Positions 25,435-35,700 of a stretch of DNA of 64,000 nt are shown piece by piece; positions within the stretch are counted from its first letter, which is position 1, and each line of letters starts with the position of its first letter. The notes below the pieces were generated by a model. It was not told the origin of the DNA, did not search any database, and was given only the letters and a program-made list of their open reading frames with translations. Source of the DNA: Chiloscyllium plagiosum. Taxonomy: Eukaryota. Made by a program: the position numbers and the translations under genes. The DNA lies in the NCBI RefSeq assembly GCF_004010195.1, contig NC_057717.1:103873179-103937178 (forward strand), read 5' to 3'.

Positions 25435-25452
25435 TCATCTGAAGGCTGAGAC
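25435..25452 (-). CDS. PGLYRP2: Candidate PGLYRP2 terminal coding exon (VSAFR-stop) followed by a repeat-free putative 3' UTR
   Basis: Phase-0 acceptor TTTTCCTGTAGTGTCTAG|GTC TCA GCC TTC AGA TGA at the edge of a unique block; too short for homology support. Confidence 0.3.
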   Translation of the reverse strand, partial: VSAFR

Positions 25453-27235
25453 CTAGACACTACAGGAAAATTTTGGAATGATCTATAGATTTCACCTGCA
25501 CTCCATCAATTTTGCTCCTAATTATTCTTGCGATGTGAATGTCACTGGCTAGACCAGCATTTATTGCCCATCCCTAATTGCCCAGAGGGTAATTAAGAGT
25601 AAACCTGGAGGATCTGGAGGTTAGAACATCAGTTTCCTTCTCTAAAGGACATTAGTGCACCAGTTGGGCTTTTCCTAACAATCAACAACCAGCTTATTTC
25701 CAGATTACGATTGATCTCAAGTTCTGCTGCGGTGGGGATTTGAACGATTACCTGGATCTGTGGATTAATAGTCTAGGGATAATACCAATAGGCCATGACC
25801 ACCCCATAATGGTTATGGTTCAAAGCACCAATACCAGTGTCACGCCTTTCTGACCTTAATACAATTTGTGTTGGAGGGATATCAACCAATTCAGGTTGGG
25901 GATAGAAAGTTGCTTAAGGTACCAAGAAGAAAGGTCAATGTCTGAGTCACATGATACAAGCTTTGGGAGATGCTGAGGTATTTTGGACTCATCTTGAAAA
26001 GGAAGAGGAATAGTGAAGACTATGGAAGCATTGAACTGCGAAAGAAGTTTCATGTTCATTTTTCAAGGACTTGATTTTAGGATTGTGGAAAAACTTGATT
26101 TATTTCAAATTCTGTGGACCTATCAGGATTTTTTATTTCCAATGGACAATGAAAAGTTATAAATCTTTGTTTTTAACAAGTTATTTCTTGAGAACCACTT
26201 TGCTTTAACTAGTTGCTGGATTTGTCTGCTGGGGGCTACCCTGACTGGGTGTAATGGCCGCTCCCAGCCCTTCTCCCCAGGCTTACCTCCCTCCCATTTA
26301 TCTCTCTACCCCCGAGGCTCCCAGCCTCATTCCTGATGAAGGGCTCCATCCCAAAACGTCGATTCTCCTGCTCCTCAGATGCTGCTTGACCGGCTGTGCT
26401 TTTTCCAGCACCACACTCTTGACTCTGATCTCCAGCATCTGCAGTCCTCACTGTCTCTGTAATGGCCATTCAGTTTGAACAAGGGTTTAGCAGTGGGGAA
26501 AGCTAGGCTGCCCAGCTCGTCTCGGAGGTAGTGAGGACTGCAGATGCTGAAGAGTCACAGTCAAAAGGTGTGATGCTGGAAAAGCACAGCAGGTCAGGAG
26601 CAAAAGGGCTGAGGTTTCAGATGTAAGTCCTAATGAATGGCTTATGCCCGAAATGTCGACTCTCCTGCCCAGCTCATCTCTCTGAGTTCAGAATCACCTT
26701 CGTTGTGAATCCTGATTGCTCCCTCAAAGAGACTTCTCGGTACCAAAACACCCAAACAAGCTGCATCGGTTAAGACCCCAAGGACAGCTGCCAAGTCTGA
26801 TTGACCTATCTACATGTGCAAAATCCACGGCCAATTTAACATTCCACACTTTATCCTTTAGTTTCCTTCAAGAACCAACAATTATTGGGCAAACGTTTTC
26901 TCCCCAAAATGAATCTCTGCAGACAGAAACCCATTTTTCCCTGTTTGCTGGTGTATCTGTTTGTGCATATGTTTTGGGTTATTCAGAGAAGTAAGCAATT
27001 ATATCTGAATAATGCAAACTGAGCGTCTTAATCAATCCTCATCTTCATTAAGTTTTGTCTAACAATAAATCAAACATTTGTGTCTTTACTAAAGAAAACC
27101 AGTGATTGGAACTTTTTTACTCTCATAGAGAGAAAGGGCATGATTACCCACATCAGAAACTAAGTAAAACAATGAAATCGATGTTGTGACCCATGGTGTA
27201 GTGCGGCTAGACAGAGACAGTTCTCTAGGTAAAAA

Positions 27236-28125
27236 CAGGGACTGCAGATGCTGGAAACCAGAGTCTAGATCAGAGTGGTGCTGGAAAAGCACAGCAGGTC
27301 AGGCAGCATCTGAGGGAGCAGGAACAGCGCTCTATTCCTGATGAAGGGTTTTTGCTCAAAACATCAATTTTCCTGCTCCTCAGACGCTGCCTGACCTGCT
27401 GTGCTTTTCCAGCACCACTCTGATCTAGACTCATATCATCCGTCGTCATTTCCGCCACTTCCAAACGGACCCCACCACCAGGGATATATTTCCCTCCCCC
27501 CGCTATCAGCGTTCCGAAAGGACCACTCCCTCCATGACTCCCTTGTCAGGTCCACAACCCCCCCCACCAACCCAACCTCCACTCCCGGCACCTTCCCCTG
27601 CAACCNNNNNNNNNNNNNNNNNNNNNNNNNNNNNNNNNNNNNNNNNNNNNNNNNNNNNNNNNNNNNNNNNNNNNNNNNNNNNNNNNNNNNNNNNNNNNNN
27701 NNNNNNNNNNNNNNNNNNNNNNNNNNNNNNNNNNNNNNNNNNNNNNNNNNNNNNNNNNNNNNNNNNNNNNNNNNNNNNNNNNNNNNNNNNNNNNNNNNNN
27801 NNNNNNNNNNNNNNNNNNNNNNNNNNNNNNNNNNNNNNNNNNNNNNNNNNNNNNNNNNNNNNNNNNNNNNNNNNNNNNNNNNNNNNNNNNNNNNNTGACC
27901 TCTCCGCCCCCACCCCACTCCGGCCTATCATCCTCACCTTAACCTCCTTCCACCTATCGCATTTCCAACGCCCCTCCCCCAAGTCCCTCCTCCCTACCTT
28001 TTATCTTAGCCTGCTGGACACACTTTCCTCATTCCTGAAGAAGGGCTCATGCCCGAAATGTCGATTCTCCTGCTCCTTGGATGCTGCCTGACCTGCCGTG
28101 CTTTTCCAGCAACACATTTTCAGCA
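27236..28125 (+). mobile_element. 5'-truncated Penelope-like element with an inverted terminal segment at its 5' side; internal gap
   Basis: PPLSAFRKDHSLHDSLVRS...PGTFPCN, then a C-rich 3' region and a CTGAAGAAGGGCTCATGCCCGAAA end; fold-back arms 27261-27325 and 27369-27432. Confidence 0.75.
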
Positions 28126-28880
28126 GGTAAGAGTGGCAGCCTCCTTCCCTAAAGGACACTAGCAAACCAGACGGATTTTTCCCCACCATCAGCAAACTCT
28201 TATTCCAAGATTATTATTGAATTCAATGTGGTAGGATTCAAACCCAGGTCCCTCGAACATCACCTGGGTCTCTGGATTGATAGTCCAGAGGGGCTTATGC
28301 CCGAAACGTCGATTCTCCTCTTCCCTGGATGCTGCCTGACCTGCTGCGCTTTTCCAGCAACACATTTTCAGCTCTGATCTCCAGCATCTGCAGACCTCAC
28401 TTTCTTCTCTGGATTGATAGTCTAGGGGTAATACCATTAAGCCATTGCCTACAAATAATAATTATGATTTGAAGCCCCAATACCAATGTCATTTATTTTT
28501 TGACAACGATGAGTTAGTGTTGGAAGGATTTCAACCAATTCAGGATGGGGTAGAGGCCCATTTCAGACTGAGATAAGTCAATTCTGTCCCCACAAGGGTC
28601 ACGCATCTTTGAAAGTCTTCATCGAAAGGTGGGAGAAGCAGGGTCTATGGTTTTTATTCAGGCAGAGGTAGGTACATTCTTGGTAAGTGTTGGGACAGAA
28701 GTGGATGGTTATCGGGAATAGGCAGCAATGGGCCAGTAATCAGATCATGGTGGGGGAGGGGGGGGGAGCCTGAGAGTTGGGGGAGGGGCTGAATGACCTA
28801 CAGCTGTCCCGAATTTGGGTGCTCCTGAGTGGAATAGGTGATTTGACATGAGTAAATGGAGAAGGGTGATTAACCAGTAT

Positions 28881-29204
28881 TAGATTAGATTAGATTACTT
28901 AGATTAGATTAGATTACTTACAGTGTGGAAACAGGCCCTTCGGCCCAACAAGTCCACACCGACCCGCCGAAGCACAACCCACCCATACCCCTACATTTAC
29001 CCCTTTAACCTAACACTACGGGCAATTTAGCATGGCCAATTCACCTGACCCGCACATTTTTGGATTGTGGGAGGAAACCGGAGCACCCGGAGGAAACCCA
29101 CGAGGAGAATGTGCAAACTCCACACAGTCGTCTGAGTCGGGAATTGAACCCGGGTCTCTGGCGCTGTGAGGCAGCAGTGCTAACCACTGTGCCACCGTGC
29201 CGCC
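28881..29204 (-). mobile_element. Full-length HE1-type SINE with (AGATT)n tail
   Basis: Head GGCACGGTGGCACAGTGGTTAGCACTGC, B box GGTTCAATTCCC. Confidence 0.85.
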
Positions 29205-29414
29205 TATTATGAAGAAGAGGATAAGAGGTTGGCAGTTGAGTATTTTGACCACATCGCCTCGTTTAAACAAACCCTGTGTAAAACAAATAAAGGCACAGAG
29301 GGGGTTCAAACAGGGATTGGACTGGGTGGGGGGGGGGTGGATCAGACCATCAACCTTGTATAAAACATGGTGTGACACCAATTCCCAAAGATTACCCGAC
29401 AGAAACATCATTAC

Positions 29415-29709
29415 CCTGAATGCCTCCCAGGTCTTGATTTCGTTGAAGAGCCTTTCCCCTGGGCACAGGGTTGGTCTGTGTTGCCGATGGCCCTGAACGG
29501 CGTAATCACTGACGATTCTGTTGTTAGCAACAGCGCACCTCATGAACGTTTCCTTGACTAGTTCCATTGCTGCCTGGTCTGGGAGCTCGGTGGTGTAGTT
29601 ACCGATAAAACTGACTCCATACCCCCTTGAGTTCTGCCCTTTGGTGTGAGCTCCCTGCCAGAACCATCCACGTCCTTCATAGATGTATCCATCAGAGCCT
29701 GCAACAAAG
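29415..29709 (-). CDS. PGLYRP2: PGLYRP2 exon 4 (NFVAGSDGYIYEGRGW...GHRQHRPTLCPG...TWEAFR)
   Basis: Acceptor TCTCTGTAG, donor AGG|GTAATG; 295 nt, phase 2 to 0. Confidence 0.93.
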
Positions 29710-32700
29710 CTACAGAGATCATTCTGGTCATTAAAACAGAAAGGGTTCTGTTCCTTTGCACACATTAGCAGTGGTTCAGTCAATACATAAGGACTAGGAG
29801 TAGGAGTAAGCGAGTCAATCCCTCGCTTTCTGCTCTGAGACTGAGATCACACGTTCAAATCCCACTTCCAAAAGTTGAGCAGAAAATCCACGCCCACATG
29901 CTAAACAGAATACTCTTGGTATGCCATGCTAATGGAGTACTGTCTTTGAAACTGAGTTAAGATGTTTGAACATAGAAGATCCCACAATGTTCATTCTGAA
30001 CAAGAAGAGGATTTCTCCCCACATTCCTGCTTGGAGAGAGCTCCTCTGTGACCATACCATGGGCTGTTACAGTGAGGGCTATGAGGTGTGATTCTCCTAA
30101 CATCATGGTGCGCAGGGAGATGGGCAAATTTCCACTTTCCTCAAAGATATATTTCCCTCCCCACCCCTTTCCGCCTTCCGCAAAGACCATTTCCTCCGTG
30201 ACTACCTGGTCAGGTCCACGCCCCCCTACAACCCACCCTCACATCCTGGCACCTTCCCCTGCCACCGCAGGAACTGTAAAACCTGCGCCCACACCTCCTC
30301 CCTCACCTCTATCCAAGGCCCTAAAGGAGCCTTCCACATCCATCAAAGTTTTACCTGCACATCCACCAATATCATTTATTGTATCCGTTGCTCCCGATGC
30401 GGTCTCCTCTACATTGGGGAGACTGGACGCCTCCTAGCAGACCACTTTAGGGAACATCTCTGGAACACCCCCACCAATCAACCACACTGCCCTGTGGCCC
30501 AATATTTCAACTCCCCCTCCCANNNNNNNNNNNNNNNNNNNNNNNNNNNNNNNNNNNNNNNNNNNNNNNNNNNNNNNNNNNNNNNNNNNNNNNNNNNNNN
30601 NNNNNNNNNNNNNNNNNNNNNNNNNNNNNNNNNNNNNNNNNNNNNNNNNNNNNNNNNNNNNNNNNCCCCACCCCCACCCCCCTCTAGCTTATCTCTCCAC
30701 GCTTCAGGCTCTCTGCCTTTATTCCTGATGAAGGCCTTTTGCCTGAAACGTCGATTTTGCTGCTCCTTGGATGCTGCCTGAACTGCTGTGCTCTTCCAGC
30801 ACCACTGATCGAGAAAATGGAGGAGCCTGACAGTGGGGAACAGAACCCAGTGCAATCACAATCGGCCAAATGGCCTTCTTTGTCTCCACAACAGCTCTGC
30901 AATCCCTAACTCTTTCTAAGACCTTGACTTACACAAAGATATCCTCATACTGAATATAGCTCTCTAGCACAGTGCTCTTCAAGTCTCCATTTCACATTAC
31001 TCTCTCCGCTCTGCTGATTTCTGCCAATGCCGGCATTAGATCATCACTTATACCACCACCATTAACATATCCGTATTCCCCTGCACTACACCCTTGGCCA
31101 GTAGCCATCCCTGACCCCCTTTTATCATGTCAATGCCTTACAATGAGTTTGAGTTCAGGATCAAGGAGAAGATGTAGCCAAAAAATTCTCTTCAAACTTA
31201 GACATCATAAATATACCAGACTCTGACTTATAGTTCTGTTAGGTATGGACGAGGTTGTGTTCTGTGTGTGTGCATGTCCATGCACTGTTGAGAAAAGTAC
31301 ATCTTGTTCTAGTAACTCCACCCACACTGCACTATTTATAAATAGTGAGGCACAGCTCCATGACATCATCACAAGGTCACTCCAGGGTCCTAATGCCCTT
31401 ACATAACTGAACATTGACAGAAACAGATCATATTGTCATTATCACTTCATGCTTCTGAAAATAGGCTTCAAGTAGTCCTGAATGCTCAGGGTTTTTAATC
31501 TGGGGTTGTGATGACACACTTGCAATTCCTCTCCAGTGTGCTTCATGTTAATCACAAATTAATGCTTCAGTATGAACTTCCTTGCTTTAGTCAATCACTT
31601 CCTTTGTTAGTGGGAATGTGGAGTAATCAGATTAGCTATGAGCTGATGGAAGGACAGGGCAGGTCTGAGAGGTTCTGCTCCCACTCATAACCTGTACACA
31701 ATTTTACAATTGCCCCCTGTGTAGAAAAGGAGGCCTCTCCGAGACACGACGCCAGGTTATAGCCCAACAGGTTTTTTTGAAACCGCAAGTTGTGTGATTT
31801 TTGACTTTGCCCACCCCAGTCCAACACTGCACATCACACCTTTTCAACATCCTTTTGCATAATGCAATCTGAATTTGAATAAGCACTTGTGTGGCAACCT
31901 ATTTGCTCAGTTCCCCTCCAGTTCTTCCACCAATCATGTTATACCTGTAACCTAGCAACCCACTGTCCAGAGGACATATTCTCCTCCTACTTGGTGTCTC
32001 AAACCCCTTTAGAACCTTCTACTGTGCTGTCCCATGACCTTCTCTGCTCAAAGGAGAACAATCCCAGCTTCCCCGACAACAGAACTCCCTCATTCATTCC
32101 CTTGTCTAGTTCATAAGCAGCGCCATACCGGATTTGGAATGTTAACTCTGTTCCTCTCTTCACAAATGCTGCCAGACTTGCTGAATTTCTCCAGCGTTTT
32201 CTGTTTGTAATTACAGATTTCCAGCACCCACGCAATTTTGCCCTCATCGCCCTTTCATAATGTTGTCCCAGTAAACCACCTCTCCATCGTCTCTACCTGC
32301 CTATTAAAGGATGGTACCCAGAACACAACAGGTTTGCATGTTTTTCCATGTTATAAAAAGGATGCAAAGGGTCTTGTGGTTGTAATGGTAGCATCCCTGC
32401 CTCTGAGCCAGGAGACCTAGTTTCAGGGCTCACCTATTCCAGAGGTGTGTATTAACATGAGGATGTTGCTGTGAATGGAGAGTTTGAGTTATAGGGACAG
32501 GCTGGAACATTTTTCCTTTGGAGTGTAAAAGGTTGAGGAGGTTGGGGTTTATAAAATCATGAGGGGCACAGATAGGGTGAATGACCAGGGTCTTTTCCCT
32601 CGGTGGGGGGGGAGCTCAAATTGAGAGGGCATATTTTTAAGGTGGGAGTGGAAGAATTAAAAAGTACAGAGTGGAAACTTCTTTGGCACATAACGTATCC

Positions 32701-35700
32701 CACATGTTGATTGAACTGCCAGAGGAAGTGGTGGATGCAGGTACAGTTACAGCATTTAAAGACATCTGGATAAGTAGATGAACAGGAAAGGTTTGGAGGG
32801 ATATGGGCCAGGAGGAGACAGGTGGGAACTAGTTTAGTTTGGGATTATGTTCGGTGTGGACTGGTTGGACCGAAGGGCCTGTTTCTGTGTTGTATGAATC
32901 CATCTCTGAACAGGTTGATCATAAAATATCGATTATTCCCCTCATGAGCTGTGATTGATTCTTTAAGCAATTTAAAAAGGATGTAGATTTACGAAAGAAT
33001 CCACTGAAAAGAACAACCAATGAAGCCATTCAGTCTATCAAACCTGCTCTCCCATTTGATAAGATGGTAGCTGATCTGATTGTAACCTCAAATCTGCATT
33101 CCTGATTTATCTCTTACTGCCTCTTGCCTCTCTTGCTTATCATGAATACATCTACCTCAGCTGTAAAAGTATTCAAGGACTCCACTTCCATTACCTCTTC
33201 ATGAAGAGAATTCCAAAGAATCAGCAGCCTCAGATAAAATTTCCCCCCATCTCCATCTTAAAATGGCAGCCCCTGACTTTTAGTGATTGCCAGGTGGACC
33301 TCAGAGAATATGTGTTCCCTGTTAACCTAGTTCAATCAGGGAGCCCTGGCTGATAGATATAAACAGGAATGTCAGAGGTTCTGTTCGCTCCGACAGCTGG
33401 CTCTGAGGCAGCTGGATCAGTGTCAAGGTGTGTAAAGTAAAAGGTCAATTGGTGATGGGATACCGGCCTTGGTGGAGTTAGTTCAGTGGCGACGAGAGTA
33501 GAGCACGTTCCTGAAGAAACTCACTCACAACAGTCGCCTTTGAGTTGGGATAAGCATTTCTGACATTGTGCTGTTATTTGGGAAGTTTGACTCATTCGAT
33601 CCTGCTGTTGAAGTCCGGGCCCAGCGTGTGGAAATATTGTGATATTTTATTGTGGGGGAATGACATTGAGCAGATGAAAAGTAACAAGTAATTCTCACAG
33701 CGTGTGGACCTGCAGCTTTTCCAGTTATTAAGAGCCTAACTAGAAGCATGTCCCTGAGGCACCAGATACTAAAAGCTTTCTAGAGTTAATGGGTTTAATT
33801 ACGGAATATAATGATCCAAAGCCTCCTCTAATTCTGAGATGCTATTGGTTTTAATTGGACATTTGTGAACTAGGGGAATCCGTACTGGGATTTTTGACTC
33901 GGTTAAGGCAGGCAGAGGCATGTGAGTTTGGTTTAACCCTTAATGAGGTCTGAGTGACCGTTTGGAATGTGGGAGTAATGATGTAACCTTGCCAAAGGGT
34001 CGACTAACTGAAGCCCAACTGGACTTCAAACAGGCACCAGAACTGGGTTTATCGTTGGAAAGTGCAGCAAGTGGAGTATATAAGTTGCAGTGTATTCCGA
34101 TGGAAGTGGACACCCTCACCAGTCTAACTGAGCTGGGGAAACACCCATGAGTGAAAGCAATTGCACATCCTCACTCAAGACATATCCTGAACTGAGGTCA
34201 GCCCACAGCAAGACACCAAAACAAAGCCAAGCCTCGGCCAAACAGTTCACATTTTCTTCAGAGTCGGGCTGGCAAGCCATTGTAGTTACTGCCGGTATGC
34301 GGACTCAAACTGGCAAAGGGGTCCCAGTGGACCCAAACAGAGTGAGAGATCTCACAGACCGATATCCAGGAGAGTACTCCATGGAATAATTTCAATGATG
34401 GGAGTTGTTTTGGTGGGGGTGGGAATTCTAGCCATGGGACCATCAGCTCCTGCTGCCCCTGCTCACAATGGGCAATGGACAATGTCCAGCTTCCATCTCA
34501 TGGCCTCTTCATTCCAGCCTGTCCTCCACTCCAAACTCCCTAGCGCCCTTTTAGACCAACCAGATACCTGGAGTATCACTTCTTTACAAAATGGAACTCA
34601 GGTTTTGAAAGATGAACTGTGTTAGAAGCTTGATCGATAACTGGGTGTGTTTGAGTCCCAGCCGGACAAACAGATGATGGAGAAAACTCCAGAGGGCTAC
34701 ACTGATGGGGTAAAGTGAGGAGGCAGTGCGAGGATGGGCAGGGACGAGTTGGGCCGAATGGCCTGTCGCTCTGGTCTGCACTCGGGAGAGCTCACGGAGT
34801 TGGGTTCCTTTACTTGTAGCCGATGTCGTCCCATTGACGAACATCCTGGTGGAAGCGTTGCATGCTCCTCATGTTCGCTGCACAATGGCGGAAGGTGGTG
34901 CAGGGCTGGCTGGGCACGTAGGTGTGGTGGATATAGACAAAGTGCAGGGGAAGCGCGAGCATCACCGGAGACCCTTTGTACGGTCTGGCAGCCCACAGGC
35001 ACCGAGGAATAATGGCGGGACATTCTGCAACAATAACAAAATAAAGCTGCAGTTACCAATAACTCAGTGAGAAACAGAAACAGAAAGGATAGTGAAGAAG
35101 GCGTTTAGTATGTTTTCCTTTATCTGTTAGTGCATTGAGTACAGGAGTTGGGAGGTCATGTTGCGGCTGTACAGGACATTGGTTCAGTCACTTTTGGAAT
35201 ATTCTGTGCAATTCTGGTCTCCTTCCTATTCGAAGGATGTTGTGAAACTTGAAAGTGTTCAGAAAAGATTTACAAGGATCTTCCAGGGTTGGAGGGAGAG
35301 GCTGACCAGGCTGGGCCTGTTTTCCCTGGAGCGTCGGAGGCTGAGGGGTGACCTTATAGAGGTTTATAACATCATGAGGGGCACGGATAGGGTAAATAGA
35401 CATGGATAAGGTGAATAGATAAGGTATTTTCCTTGGGTCGGAGAGTCCAGAACTTGAGGGCATAAGTTTAGGATGAGAGGGGGAAAGGTTTAAACGGGAC
35501 CTAGGGGGCAACTTTTTCACACAGAGGGTAGTGTGTGTATGGAATGAGCTGCCAGAGGAAGTGATAGAGGCTGGTACAATTACCACATTGAAAAGGCATC
35601 TGGATGGGTACAGGAATAGGAAAGGTTTAAAGGGATATGGGCCAAGTGCTGGCAAATGGGACTATTTAATTTAGAATATCTGGTCGGCATGGATGAGTTG

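Noticed and set aside
29016..29414. C-terminal extension of the 255-aa PGLYRP2 ORF
   Set aside because: Reads through a good donor at 29415 into intron and an HE1 SINE
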